NCBI GenBank assembly: GCA_043797705.1
Contig: JAZDPJ010000017.1
Coordinates: forward strand, 1-58,572
Source of the DNA: an archaeon
GTDB lineage: Archaea; Nanobdellota; Nanobdellia; SCGC-AAA011-G17; GW2011-AR17
Direction of reading: 5' to 3'
Length of the DNA stretch: 58,572 nt
Shown here piece by piece: positions 1-9,154 of this stretch. The notes under the pieces were generated by a model, which was not told the origin of the DNA, made no database searches, and saw only the letters and a list, made by a program, of their open reading frames with translations. Made by a program: the position numbers and the translations under genes. Numbering within the stretch: position 1 is the first letter of the stretch; each line of letters starts with the position of its first letter.

Positions 1-95
1 TCCTTCTGCCCTGCTTCTGCTGAAATAGGACTTAATGCTAAAGCACCTCCTAAAAGCAAACTACCTAATGTTTTTTTAATAGTTTTAAATACCAT
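1..95 (-). CDS. Partial CDS, N-terminus only (continues past left edge): signal-peptide protein
   Basis: ATG at 95..93 on the minus strand gives MVFKTIKKTLGSLLLGGALALSPISAEAGQK..., with a basic n-region, hydrophobic core and AxA-like site. Open to the window edge. Overlaps the upstream gene's stop by 11 nt. Confidence 0.35.
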   Translation of the reverse strand, partial: MVFKTIKKTLGSLLLGGALALSPISAEAGQK

Positions 96-1062
96 TTTTA
101 TTACCTTCAAACTTGATATTATGATAACTGACCTTACCATCCCTAACAGTAAGGATGCCTGTCTGTCCTGCATCCATATGTCCTGAGTTCCAGAATAAAT
201 CATCAACAAAATTATTTTCTTCTACATGATTGCCATCACAATCATTCGCCCTATGGCCGCTCTCATGCAAGTGACCGCTCACTGCCTTTGTAATTCCTAA
301 CTCATCATATAAATTTCTTAGATCTTCATTTCCAGCATTCTTTTTCTTAAGCTCAACAGGATAGCCTGCTCTCATAAAATCCTTGGCAAGTCCTTTAGGT
401 ATTATTGCGCCTTTCTCAATATTTATACCACCTGCGATAAACTGACTGGTGAAATCCTCTGTAGCCTCTCCGAACTCAGCCATATCAACTGCTTCTTCTA
501 AATTACGAAATCTTCTTGGAACATGGCAGAACACGATTGTCTTTTCAGGATCTGTGACTTTATCATGTAAATCGCACATATTCTGAAAACTCAAAAAACC
601 TTCGAATTTCATCCCCTCTTCTGCAATATCATATGGGATCAATGCTTCCCCAGTATTAACATAGAGATCAGTAGGAATCCCGGTACCAAGCTGGTATTCT
701 CCTGATCTTATATCCGACCCGGGAAGAAGTATTATGTGGTGATCTTCATACTCCCTTTTAGCAATGCTTGATACTGAAAAAATATTGTCGTACTTATCTG
801 CAAAATGTTCTAATACCGGTCTGAAACCAGGGACTATCTCGTGAGAGCCTGGCTGCACATAACACTCTAACCCTGTTTTACCTAAATTCTCAAGTATGAA
901 AGCCAAATGTTTTTGAGTCAGTTCCAGATTTTTTACTACCTCGCCGATATCTCCATTTAGAATTATCTTATCTGCTCCAAGCTCTTTAAGGATCTTTAAA
1001 GCCGGAATTATTATTCTTGGGTCTTCATGCAAATCTGAAATTACACCGTATTTTGTTTCCAT
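85..1062 (-). CDS. Calcineurin-like metallophosphoesterase
   Basis: 325-aa ORF with the phosphoesterase motif series SDLHED / NGDIGE / PGSHE / CHVP / GHLHESGH. A TATA-like element lies ~26-35 nt upstream of the ATG. Confidence 0.75.
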   Translation of the reverse strand: METKYGVISDLHEDPRIIIPALKILKELGADKIILNGDIGEVVKNLELTQKHLAFILENLGKTGLECYVQPGSHEIVPGFRPVLEHFADKYDNIFSVSSIAKREYEDHHIILLPGSDIRSGEYQLGTGIPTDLYVNTGEALIPYDIAEEGMKFEGFLSFQNMCDLHDKVTDPEKTIVFCHVPRRFRNLEEAVDMAEFGEATEDFTSQFIAGGINIEKGAIIPKGLAKDFMRAGYPVELKKKNAGNEDLRNLYDELGITKAVSGHLHESGHRANDCDGNHVEENNFVDDLFWNSGHMDAGQTGILTVRDGKVSYHNIKFEGNKNGI

Positions 1063-1183
1063 TTTAGGATTTGTTACTAATAAGTAGTATATAAATGTTG
1101 TTATTTTTATTGAAAACTACCTACAATTTGTATAGCCTAGAGAATACAAAGCTTTTTATTTAAAAAACACCTTTAAAAAGTCA

Positions 1184-1390
1184 ATGCCAAAAGCAAATAA
1201 AAAAATAAGTATGCCAACCCACCTATGCCACCACGCTATAGGATTAGGACTATTGGGTGTAGGATGGCTTGTAACAGGACTCTTTGTAGGATCCACAGGA
1301 TTGTGGGTGCTGGGGCTAATAGTTATTGGAGTTGCAATAGCTAAAAAGTTCCTACACAAAAAGTGCAGCTGCAGTACTTGCTGTAAATAA
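1184..1390 (+). CDS. Small membrane protein with Cys-rich tail, unknown function
   Basis: 68 aa with two hydrophobic helices (AIGLGLLGVGWLVTGLFVG, LWVLGLIVIGVAIA) and a CSCSTCCK tail. TTTTATTTAAAA lies ~20-30 nt upstream. The competing antisense ORF 1156..1401 is low-complexity. Confidence 0.4.
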   Translation: MPKANKKISMPTHLCHHAIGLGLLGVGWLVTGLFVGSTGLWVLGLIVIGVAIAKKFLHKKCSCSTCCK

Positions 1391-1423
1391 ATCCTAACCA
1401 AAAAAAGAGGTGTGAAGATTTAG

Positions 1424-1840
1424 TTAATGATGACTCTTCTTTCTATTAAAAGGAGACTTTTCCATTTTAATAATTTCTTCACTTTTTTCAACAAAAGGCT
1501 TATCTCCAATTGATTCCTTAATCTTCAAGAAAAAATTATCAAGACTTTCTCCGAAATCTGCTCTAGTCTGATTTTCATCCCCCTGCATATACTCATCAAC
1601 CTTCGTATTGCATCCTTTGTCTACAAGAACAACATACTCCTTATCTAAGAATCCATCTATAGTGCAGATACCATGGGCCTCAGTGAATCTCCAATACCTT
1701 CCAGCGACCTGATCTGTGAAACTCTCTATTATCCTACATTCATATATCGTTATGTCTACTGATTGTTTGCACATCCTTGCCGGGTAGCATGATGCTAACA
1801 AAGGCAAGGAACAAGCTAATATTTTAGTTAATTTTTTCAT
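1424..1840 (-). CDS. Secreted/lipoprotein-like protein, unknown function
   Basis: 138 aa with a signal peptide and lipobox-like LLASC. No recognisable domain. TATA-like CCTTTATATATC lies ~25 nt upstream of the ATG. Confidence 0.5.
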   Translation of the reverse strand: MKKLTKILACSLPLLASCYPARMCKQSVDITIYECRIIESFTDQVAGRYWRFTEAHGICTIDGFLDKEYVVLVDKGCNTKVDEYMQGDENQTRADFGESLDNFFLKIKESIGDKPFVEKSEEIIKMEKSPFNRKKSHH

Positions 1841-1934
1841 TTTAGCTAGTTTAGAAAAGGAGATATATAAAGGTTATTTATTTCTTTATAAACTTGACAA
1901 ATAAGACATTTACTGAACACTTATATCAACAGAG

Positions 1935-2279
1935 TCATTTCAACAGTTTCATTGCCTGCTTAAGGCATTCTTTCTCAAAAACAGAATTCCCATATCTCTC
2001 CCAGGATTCTTTGGCACGCTGATAGACCTTTCTTATTTGCTTATGGTTAAAATAAGTATATCTCCCAAAATCACATACATTTTGTGATAAAAGTGATCTG
2101 CCTTCACAACCTAAAGTATAGTTCCCAGGAATCTCATATCCTATTTGTACAATCAGACTTGTATTCGGGATCTTTCCAGAAAATTCAGGAGTAATTCCCT
2201 GTCTAATCTGTTCCCACCTCTTTACCTTTTTAGATAGCCGGACAATCTCTTCTAAAGACAATTTCTCTAATTTAGCCAT
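1935..2279 (-). CDS. Hypothetical protein
   Basis: 114-aa ORF with an ATG start and no recognised motif. A TATA-like element lies at 2303..2313, ~25-35 nt upstream. Confidence 0.45.
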   Translation of the reverse strand: MAKLEKLSLEEIVRLSKKVKRWEQIRQGITPEFSGKIPNTSLIVQIGYEIPGNYTLGCEGRSLLSQNVCDFGRYTYFNHKQIRKVYQRAKESWERYGNSVFEKECLKQAMKLLK

Positions 2280-2342
2280 TAATCCTCAATAAATAGCAAT
2301 TTTTTATATAATTTTCGGTTTATGGCCCACTTTTCCGTAAAC

Positions 2343-2355
2343 TTTATATATAAAA
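2343..2355 (+). promoter_or_regulatory. TATA-box-like element upstream of the grpE operon
   Basis: TTTATATATAAAA lies ~57-69 nt upstream of the grpE ATG and resembles the archaeal TTTAWATA consensus. Positional inference only. Confidence 0.3.
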
Positions 2356-2411
2356 ACAGTATTCCTAAACTAAGTCAATCTTAAGTCGACAAGAAATATG
2401 GTGCAAACAGA

Positions 2412-2846
2412 ATGAAAAATAAAAAGAATAATGAAAATAAAGAGCTAACAGAGCAACTGCAAAGACTCCAAGCAGAGTTTGAAAACTACAAAAAAAGAAC
2501 AGAAAGAGAGCAAGAACAAATAAAAGACTACACAAAAGCACAATTGCTTCTAAAACTGCTCAACATACATGACGACTTTGAAAGAACACTAACAACACAA
2601 GCAACACAAGAACAACTACAAACAGGAATAGAACTAATCCACAAGCAGTTAGTAAAATTACTAGCAGAAGAACAAGTCACACCAATACAATCCAAAGGGC
2701 AAAAACTAGACCCCTACAAGCACGAAGTACTGATACAAGAAAATGGAGAAGAAGACATAATCACAGAAGAACTGCAAAAAGGATACCTGCACAAAGACAA
2801 AATACTAAGACCTGCTCGAGTAAAAATCAGCAGGAAGGAGGAATAA
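2412..2846 (+). CDS. grpE: Nucleotide exchange factor GrpE
   Basis: 144 aa with a coiled N-terminal half and a GrpE-type C-terminal region (LDPYKHEVL ... GYLHKDKILRPARVKI). Sits directly upstream of dnaK. Confidence 0.85.
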   Translation: MKNKKNNENKELTEQLQRLQAEFENYKKRTEREQEQIKDYTKAQLLLKLLNIHDDFERTLTTQATQEQLQTGIELIHKQLVKLLAEEQVTPIQSKGQKLDPYKHEVLIQENGEEDIITEELQKGYLHKDKILRPARVKISRKEE

Positions 2847-3181
2847 TGAAAACATTTGAAAAAAAAATGAAACAAAAACTAGAAGAAAAGACCCTTGACG
2901 CACAATTACTAGGAATAGGCTTTTTTCCAGAATCAAAAGAGGCATATGAAGAACTTGTAGGCTATAAAGTCAAAGTGATATCAGCATCATGGAACCCGAG
3001 GATTACTTTTGAGAGAAAAAATGGCTCTGATTATACTTGCATCGTACCATTTGATGTAAAGCAAAAACTAGTCAGAGAAAATGTTGAAGCAGTTATCAAT
3101 TGTAACTATCAGCATATAAACGGCATTATAGACACAACCCAAGTCATCTCTGGGATACCAATAAAAAAACTTGAAAAATAA
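2846..3181 (+). CDS. Hypothetical protein inserted between grpE and dnaK
   Basis: 111 aa. The ATG shares 1 nt with the grpE stop (TAATG), and AGGAGG lies upstream. No recognised motif. Third codon positions are less A/C-biased than in the flanking genes. Confidence 0.55.
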   Translation: MKTFEKKMKQKLEEKTLDAQLLGIGFFPESKEAYEELVGYKVKVISASWNPRITFERKNGSDYTCIVPFDVKQKLVRENVEAVINCNYQHINGIIDTTQVISGIPIKKLEK

Positions 3182-3204
3182 GAATATACAGGGGGAATAA
3201 AAAA

Positions 3205-5040
3205 ATGGCAAAAATAATAGGAATTGACTTAGGAACAAGCAACTCAGCAGCAGCAGTACTAGAAGCAGGAAGACCAGTAATAGTACCAAGCGCAGAAGGA
3301 GCAAGCATGTACGGAAAAGCATTCCCATCAGTCGTAGCATTCACAAAAGACGGACAGCTACTAGTCGGAGAACCAGCAAGAAGACAAGCAGTAAGCAATC
3401 CAGAAGGAACAGTAATGGCCATCAAAAGAAAGATGGGAACAAAACACAAAGTAAAGCTACACGGAAAAGAATACACTCCTCAACAGCTATCAGCATACAT
3501 ACTGCAAAAAATCAAAAAAGACGCAGAAAAATTCATCGGAGAAAAAATAGAAAAAGCAGTCATAACAGTACCAGCATACTTCGATGACGCACAAAGACAA
3601 GCAACAAAAGACGCAGGAGCAATAGCAGGACTAGATGTCGTAAGAATAGTAAACGAACCAACAGCAGCAGCACTAGCATACGGACTAGACAAAGCTGAAA
3701 CAGACCAAAAAATACTAGTATTCGACTTTGGAGGCGGAACACTAGATGTTACCATCATGGAACTAGGAGAAGGAGTCTTCGAAGTAAAATCAACAAACGG
3801 AGACACACAACTAGGCGGAACAGACATGGACCATGTAGTGATAAACCACATAGCCGACACATTCAAGAACGAAACAGGAATCGACCTGACAACAGACACA
3901 ATGGCGATGCAAAGACTGAGAGAAGCAGCAGAAAAAGCAAAGATCGAGCTCTCAACAGTACTGGATACAGATATCAACCTGCCGTTCATAACAGCAAACC
4001 AAGACGGACCAAAGCACCTAACAATGAAAATAACAAGAGCCAAACTGGAAGAGCTAGTCGATCCAATCATACAAAAGTGCAAAAAACCAGTAACCCAAGC
4101 AATGGAAGACGCGAAACTAAAACCTGCAGACATAACAAAAGTAATCATGGTAGGCGGACCAACAAGAATGCCCTCAGTACAAAAATTCGTAGAAGACATA
4201 ATGGGGCCAAGAGTCGAAAGAGGAATCGACCCAATGGAATGCGTAGCACTAGGAGCCTCAGTACAAGCCGGAGTGCTAGCAGGAGAAGTAAAAGATGTTT
4301 TACTACTGGATGTAACGCCACTAACACTAGGAATAGAAACACTTGGAGGAGTATTCACAAGACTAATCGAAAAGAATACAACCATACCAACAAAGAAAAG
4401 CCAAATATTCTCCACAGCAGCAGACAACCAAACAGCAGTAACAATAAAAGTGCACCAAGGAGAAAGAGCAATGGCAAACGACAACAAATTAATAGGAAAC
4501 TTCGACCTACTAGGAATACCACCAGCACCAAGAGGAATACCACAAATAGAAGTAAGCTTTGACATCGACGCAAACGGCATAGTAAATGTCTCAGCAAAAG
4601 ACCTAGGAACCAGCAAAGAACAAAAAATAACAATAACCGGAAGCACAAACATGAGCAAATCAGACATAGAAAAAATGAAAAAAGAAGCAGAAGAACACGC
4701 AGAAGCAGACAAAGAAAGATTCGAAAAAGCAGAAACAAAAAACATGGCAGAAACAACCGCATTCACAACAGAAAAGTTATTGAGTGAACACTCTGACAAG
4801 ATAGACAAAGACACAAAAGAAAAAATCGAAGCAGGAATAAAAGAGCTAAAAGACGCCATAGCAAAAGAGGACACAGAAGACATGAAGAAAAAAATGGATG
4901 AACTGAATAAATTAGCCCAAGAGATAGGAACAAAAATCTACCAAGAAGCTGCAGCAAAACAGCAAGCGCAAAAAGAAGAGAAAAAAGACGAAAAAGTAGT
5001 AGACGCAGAGTTCGAAGACAAGAAGGAGGACAAAAAATGA
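3205..5040 (+). CDS. dnaK: Hsp70 chaperone DnaK
   Basis: 611 aa with Hsp70 signatures [19 protein letters not shown] and DFGGGTLDV, plus a lysine/glutamate-rich C-terminal tail. Confidence 0.98.
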   Translation: MAKIIGIDLGTSNSAAAVLEAGRPVIVPSAEGASMYGKAFPSVVAFTKDGQLLVGEPARRQAVSNPEGTVMAIKRKMGTKHKVKLHGKEYTPQQLSAYILQKIKKDAEKFIGEKIEKAVITVPAYFDDAQRQATKDAGAIAGLDVVRIVNEPTAAALAYGLDKAETDQKILVFDFGGGTLDVTIMELGEGVFEVKSTNGDTQLGGTDMDHVVINHIADTFKNETGIDLTTDTMAMQRLREAAEKAKIELSTVLDTDINLPFITANQDGPKHLTMKITRAKLEELVDPIIQKCKKPVTQAMEDAKLKPADITKVIMVGGPTRMPSVQKFVEDIMGPRVERGIDPMECVALGASVQAGVLAGEVKDVLLLDVTPLTLGIETLGGVFTRLIEKNTTIPTKKSQIFSTAADNQTAVTIKVHQGERAMANDNKLIGNFDLLGIPPAPRGIPQIEVSFDIDANGIVNVSAKDLGTSKEQKITITGSTNMSKSDIEKMKKEAEEHAEADKERFEKAETKNMAETTAFTTEKLLSEHSDKIDKDTKEKIEAGIKELKDAIAKEDTEDMKKKMDELNKLAQEIGTKIYQEAAAKQQAQKEEKKDEKVVDAEFEDKKEDKK

Positions 5041-5246
5041 ACAGACTAGAAATAATGGCAGCAAATATTTGGGAAGAAGCCGTAAGACAACTGAAAGCAG
5101 AACATGCAGGGATACCTTTTGATAAGACGTATCTTATACTTAGAAACCCAGAGAATTATCCCCATATGCCTTTAAGAGAAGAAATTACAGAACGTTATAG
5201 ATCAATTATAGACGACCTAAAAGAAACCACTCAATACAAAAAATAG
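5037..5246 (+). CDS. Hypothetical small protein inserted between dnaK and dnaJ
   Basis: 69 aa. ATGA overlap with the dnaK stop, AGGAGG 7 nt upstream, and it ends 2 nt before the dnaJ ATG. No recognised domain. Confidence 0.5.
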   Translation: MNRLEIMAANIWEEAVRQLKAEHAGIPFDKTYLILRNPENYPHMPLREEITERYRSIIDDLKETTQYKK

Positions 5247-5248
5247 AA

Positions 5249-6337
5249 ATGAGCAAAGACTACTATGCAAAATTAGGGCTAGACAAAAACGCTAGCCCTG
5301 AAGATATTAAGAAAGCATATAAAAGATTAGCTAAACAGCACCATCCTGATATAAACAAAGAAACAGGCTCAGCAGAAAAATTCAAAGAAATAAACGAAGC
5401 CTACGCAACACTAGGCGATGAAAACAAAAGAGCAAACTACGACAGATTCGGAACAGCAGACCAAGGGTTCCAAGGATTCTCAGGGGATTCTGGAGGGTTC
5501 GGATTTGAAGACATATTTGAAGGATTCTTCGGAGGAGACATATTCGGCGGAAGAAACAGAGCAGGAAGAAATGGGGCAGACCTCAAATGTGAAATAGAAC
5601 TTGAATTCGAAGAAGCAGCATTCGGCGTCAAAAAAGAAGTAGAGCTATCAAGATCAACAAATTGCGAAGACTGCAAAGGAACAGGAGCAGAAAACGCAGC
5701 TATGTATGTATGCCCAGATTGTAACGGAAAAGGAAGAAGAAAAAGCAGCATAAGAACACCATTCGGAATAATATCCCAAACAACAACCTGTTCAAATTGC
5801 AGAGGACACGGAGAAACACCAAAAAAAGAATGCAAAAACTGCAAAGGACAAGGAAGGAAAAAACAAAAGAAAACAATCACAATAAAAATACCCCCTGGAG
5901 TTGACAACGGCTCAACATTACGGGTCTCCGGAGAAGGAGATGCAGGAGAATCAGGATGCGGAGATCTTTATGTGGAAATGTATGTAAAACCACACAAAGT
6001 CTTTGAAAGAGAAAAAAACAATGTACTGCTCACAATACCAATCAGCTTCTCACAAGCAGCATTAGGAACAGAAATTGACATACCTACTTTGGGAGGAGAA
6101 ACATCAATGAAAATACCTGCAGGAACACAGAGCCACACAATCTTCAGAATGTCAGGCAAAGGAATAGAAGATGTACACACTAGACGAAAAGGAGACCAAC
6201 TAGTAAAAATCCTAGTAAAAACACCAACATCATTGAATAGAACACAAAAAGAGATACTAAAAAAACTAGCAGAAAAAAAAGAAGAAATAAAACCAGAAAA
6301 AGACTTCTTCACAAAGTTCAAAGAAAAGTTTGTTTAA
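5249..6337 (+). CDS. dnaJ: Co-chaperone DnaJ (type I)
   Basis: 362 aa with a J-domain HPD (KQHHPDINK), a G/F-rich linker and four CxxCxGxG repeats (CEDCKGTG, CPDCNGKG, CSNCRGHG, CKNCKGQG). Confidence 0.95.
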   Translation: MSKDYYAKLGLDKNASPEDIKKAYKRLAKQHHPDINKETGSAEKFKEINEAYATLGDENKRANYDRFGTADQGFQGFSGDSGGFGFEDIFEGFFGGDIFGGRNRAGRNGADLKCEIELEFEEAAFGVKKEVELSRSTNCEDCKGTGAENAAMYVCPDCNGKGRRKSSIRTPFGIISQTTTCSNCRGHGETPKKECKNCKGQGRKKQKKTITIKIPPGVDNGSTLRVSGEGDAGESGCGDLYVEMYVKPHKVFEREKNNVLLTIPISFSQAALGTEIDIPTLGGETSMKIPAGTQSHTIFRMSGKGIEDVHTRRKGDQLVKILVKTPTSLNRTQKEILKKLAEKKEEIKPEKDFFTKFKEKFV

Positions 6338-6344
6338 TTCTTAA

Positions 6345-6515
6345 TCACTTCTTCTTACTAGTAACCCATTTCTGAGTCCTAGGAGAACGCTTCAACTTCA
6401 AAGCATTCTTCTCACACTTACTAGAACAGAAATTACTGGTTTTGCCAGTCTTAAAAACATAAATCTTACCGGTACCCCTAGGGATAACCTTTTTGCAGAA
6501 ACTACACTCAGCCAT
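6345..6515 (-). CDS. rpl24e: Ribosomal protein L24e
   Basis: 56-aa ORF below the track cutoff: MAECSFCKKVIPRGTGKIYVFKTGKTSNFCSSKCEKNALKLKRSPRTQKWVTSKKK. Its ATG shares 1 nt with the rps28e stop (TAATG). Canonical L7Ae-S28e-L24e order. Confidence 0.85.
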   Translation of the reverse strand: MAECSFCKKVIPRGTGKIYVFKTGKTSNFCSSKCEKNALKLKRSPRTQKWVTSKKK

Positions 6516-6781
6516 TATTTACCGCCCCTATTTAATTTTCTAGCCTCAATTTCAGTCTCTCTAAGCATAAGAATATCATCTTTCCTTACAGGCCCCCGTA
6601 CATTTCTAGCTATAACCTTGTTCTCATCACGACCAGCCAAAATCTTGCACCTAACTTGAGTAGCCTCCCCTCTCGTACCAGTCTTGCCAATTAGTTCTTC
6701 AACACGAGCAGGAACAGCAGGAGTGAACAGCCTAGTTGATTTCTCTTCTTTCTCCTTTTGAGATTTAGATTCTTTTACCAT
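6515..6781 (-). CDS. rps28e: Ribosomal protein S28e
   Basis: Start moved to the internal ATG at 6781 (MVKESK...). Contains the S28e core GTRGEATQVRCKIL...NVRGPVRKDDILMLRETEIEARKL. Confidence 0.9.
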   Translation of the reverse strand: MVKESKSQKEKEEKSTRLFTPAVPARVEELIGKTGTRGEATQVRCKILAGRDENKVIARNVRGPVRKDDILMLRETEIEARKLNRGGK

Positions 6782-6783
6782 CT

Positions 6784-7110
6784 TTATTGTGAAGTAATCC
6801 TTTTGATTAACTCTTTTGCATCGCCTTCCTGAACTATAGCAACACAAACAGTTGCAACAGGCAAGCCAGCAGATACGCCAAGTTCAGCCTTACTAGGAAC
6901 AGTAACACAAGCAACACCCTTCTCCTTACAAAGAGGTCCTAAATGCATGGTAATCTCCTTAGGGTTAACATCCTCTGCAACGATAACAAGCTTAGCAATA
7001 CCCTTTTCGACAACTTTAGTAGTTTCATTGGTACCCTTCTTAATCTTGCCAGAACTCCTAGCTTTCTCTATAGCCTCATAGATATCTTCTGTTTTTTGGT
7101 CTTTTGTCAT
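6784..7110 (-). CDS. rpl7ae: Ribosomal protein L7Ae
   Basis: 108 aa with the L7Ae/L30e-family core KGTNETTKVVEKGIAKLVIVAEDVNP... Confidence 0.9.
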   Translation of the reverse strand: MTKDQKTEDIYEAIEKARSSGKIKKGTNETTKVVEKGIAKLVIVAEDVNPKEITMHLGPLCKEKGVACVTVPSKAELGVSAGLPVATVCVAIVQEGDAKELIKRITSQ

Positions 7111-7163
7111 GATTAAAACCTCCTACGGAATCATTGGTTTTAGGATTAAAAACACGGGTTTGT

Positions 7164-8429
7164 TTAAAAAGGTTTCTCTTTTTGGTTGTACCTGTAGATA
7201 TCCGGAGGCATCATCATAACCAAACCATTCTCCTCCTGGTTAATCCAAGCCTGAAGATAAACAACATGAACATCAATAGGCTCTAGCAGTTTTATGTACT
7301 GTGTCTTATACCTACCCTCCTCAGTAAGCCCAATTAAATCATTGACATCCAGAGTCTTATCTATCATACCAATTGCCTGCAGCTTCCTAAAAAACTCAAT
7401 CTCATCCTGCAAACGCATACAACCATGAGAAAAATTCCTAACATTATTCTTAAACAAACTCTTCTGAGGAGTGCCGTGAAAAAACTGACCATAACCCCCA
7501 TTAAAATCATAACCAACTCTGCCAAGAGAATTCCAAGGACCCGGTAGCTGCCTGAATTTTTTCCCAGAAACCTCAGAATCAACAGGAACCCACTTTCCAC
7601 CAGTTAACTGCTCCATAGTTTTCCTAAGTGAGGCCGACCTCTTCAGATCCTCACGAGTCTCATCAGTCAAATCACCAGGAGGAACATCCCAATAAGGATT
7701 CACAACAGCATACTTCAAAGTCCCCTCCTGAATCTCAGTAACCCATCTCTCCTCTTTTTTTCTACCTTCTTTCCTGGGTCTTAAATTACCAGTACCAACC
7801 ACGATATCCATCTTAAACTCTAAATCACCCTTATAGTAATAGCGCAACTTGAATCCAGGGATATTGACATAAATATCATTGTTCCCATCAAACTTGCCAA
7901 AAGTCCTCAAAGCATTTTCTAAGTGTTTTGCTCTCACTTCAGAAGAAGTAGATATATGACCCACGAATCCTTTATCAATATTAGAACCTTTCAAAGCATT
8001 CAATCTCTTATAAGTCTTAACAGCATCAAGAGTCTCTTCATCCAAAACCCCATCCGGATCCTTACCTAAATAACCATGAAAATGCAATGCCTTCTGCACT
8101 TCATTAATGAACTTCTTACTTTGGGGATTGATTACTTCTGTAATTTTTGGAGACTTATTCTCCCGATAATAATGAAGAAAATCATCAAAATCGCTAACAA
8201 CATAACTTTCATATTCACAACCAAGCGCCTTACAACCAAATTCATCATCCTCAAACTCATATACTCTCTGCTCCAGATCGGTATTGGGCAAAGCCTCTTC
8301 CCTTGCAAGCGCTTCAATATGATGCGGCTTCTGAAGGTTAACAGTTTCTTTTAACTCAGAACTTTGCGGATGACTTGCCAAAAAAAATATAGGCGCAACC
8401 AACAAACTAGTACAAGCCTTTTTTAGCAT
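7164..8429 (-). CDS. Exported L,D-transpeptidase, YcbB/LdtD-like (PG-binding + YkuD domains)
   Basis: 421 aa with an N-terminal signal/anchor and a PG_binding_1-like repeat VQKALHFHGYLGKDPDGVLDEETLDAVKTYKRLNAL. Carries the YkuD catalytic signature FHGTPQKSLFKNNVRNFSHGCMRL, and RQLPGPWNSLGRV as in YcbB-type enzymes. Confidence 0.85.
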   Translation of the reverse strand: MLKKACTSLLVAPIFFLASHPQSSELKETVNLQKPHHIEALAREEALPNTDLEQRVYEFEDDEFGCKALGCEYESYVVSDFDDFLHYYRENKSPKITEVINPQSKKFINEVQKALHFHGYLGKDPDGVLDEETLDAVKTYKRLNALKGSNIDKGFVGHISTSSEVRAKHLENALRTFGKFDGNNDIYVNIPGFKLRYYYKGDLEFKMDIVVGTGNLRPRKEGRKKEERWVTEIQEGTLKYAVVNPYWDVPPGDLTDETREDLKRSASLRKTMEQLTGGKWVPVDSEVSGKKFRQLPGPWNSLGRVGYDFNGGYGQFFHGTPQKSLFKNNVRNFSHGCMRLQDEIEFFRKLQAIGMIDKTLDVNDLIGLTEEGRYKTQYIKLLEPIDVHVVYLQAWINQEENGLVMMMPPDIYRYNQKEKPF

Positions 8430-9120
8430 CTTCCACCTCCCAATTATACGGCTTCCCCGAAAGCAAATGCCTACAAACTACGCCAGTGTCACAATAACAC
8501 TCAACATCAGCATCAAGCAAGGACTTGAAAAAAAAGATATCATCAGTACCCTTACCTTTCGGATTATACCAGAACTTAAAATCCTTCAAAATATCCCTAT
8601 GAATCAACAAGCAACCAGTGCCAGAACAAACAACACGAATCAATTTACCACAATCCCACAACTCTCTAGGAGGAATAGACCACTGATCCTTATTACCAGG
8701 AATACCCAACCTAATAACCGGAATAAACAACCTCTCACCATTAATAGTCCTAGGCTGATAATACATCCCAGAAACAACCTTCTTTCCATGAGACAAAAGC
8801 CTCTCAATCACATCCCTTGGAGGAATCGTATCAGAATCAAGAAGAAACAAGTAATCATAACCCTCATCCAAAACCTTCTTCCTCAAAATATTATGGCCCT
8901 CGACAACACGATCCCTAGACTTCTCAAACCACCCCATCCTAACAGCAGGAATATCCCTTTTCAGAAGCTCACCATAGAATCCCTCTTCCTTAGAATTGTC
9001 AACCAATAAAATATCATAATTAGAATAACTCAGATTCTTAATAGCCTCTCCATACTCATCCAAACAGTAAGAATGAAAATCAAATGTAGGAGTGCCAACA
9101 AGCACTTTAGGAGGGGTCAT
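8407..9120 (-). CDS. GT2-like glycosyltransferase
   Basis: 237 aa with GT-A features YDILLVDNS and DxD-like FLLDSDTIPP. Its 3' end overlaps the L,D-transpeptidase start by 23 nt. Confidence 0.7.
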   Translation of the reverse strand: MTPPKVLVGTPTFDFHSYCLDEYGEAIKNLSYSNYDILLVDNSKEEGFYGELLKRDIPAVRMGWFEKSRDRVVEGHNILRKKVLDEGYDYLFLLDSDTIPPRDVIERLLSHGKKVVSGMYYQPRTINGERLFIPVIRLGIPGNKDQWSIPPRELWDCGKLIRVVCSGTGCLLIHRDILKDFKFWYNPKGKGTDDIFFFKSLLDADVECYCDTGVVCRHLLSGKPYNWEVEDAKKGLY

Positions 9121-9141
9121 AACTGGCTGTAAATTGAGGGG

Positions 9142-9153
9142 ATATATATAAAA
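9142..9153 (-). promoter_or_regulatory. TATA-box-like element for the GT2 / L,D-transpeptidase unit
   Basis: The minus-strand reading TTTTATATATAT lies 22-33 nt upstream of the ATG at 9120, a leaderless-type spacing. Confidence 0.35.
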
Positions 9154-9154
9154 T

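Noticed and set aside
4077-4562. 161-aa, highly basic ORF in an alternative sense frame inside dnaK.
   Set aside because: It is an Arg/Lys/Asn-rich artefact of reading A-rich DNA out of frame. It is fully embedded in a conserved gene.
3480-4883. 467-aa ORF antisense to dnaK. Similar long antisense ORFs occur at 8467..9009, 40483..40938, 49467..50354, 50818..51162, 43242..43667 and elsewhere.
   Set aside because: They lie opposite well-supported genes and are low-complexity (Ser/Leu/Phe or Asn/Thr/Arg-rich). The strand-specific composition explains them: the antisense of A-rich coding DNA is A-poor and so almost lacks stop codons.
6782-6847. N-terminal extensions proposed by the track for rps28e. 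The same applies to P0 (21900..21917), rpoK (52481..52522), 22817..25165 (25031..25165), ferredoxin (10060..10119) and several TTG/GTG starts.
   Set aside because: The extensions overlap the upstream gene and add non-conserved residues. In each case an internal ATG gives the canonical N-terminus or a clean signal peptide.
7164-8429. Bacterial contamination or chimeric assembly as the explanation for the bacterial-type genes (L,D-transpeptidase, dnaK operon, clpX/clpP, patatin, PAP2).
   Set aside because: These genes are interleaved with, and in several cases physically overlap, archaeal core genes: patatin/eno, clpP/PAP2 downstream of cysS, and GT2/LDT next to the L7Ae cluster. They also show the same orientation-dependent codon signature as the core genes.
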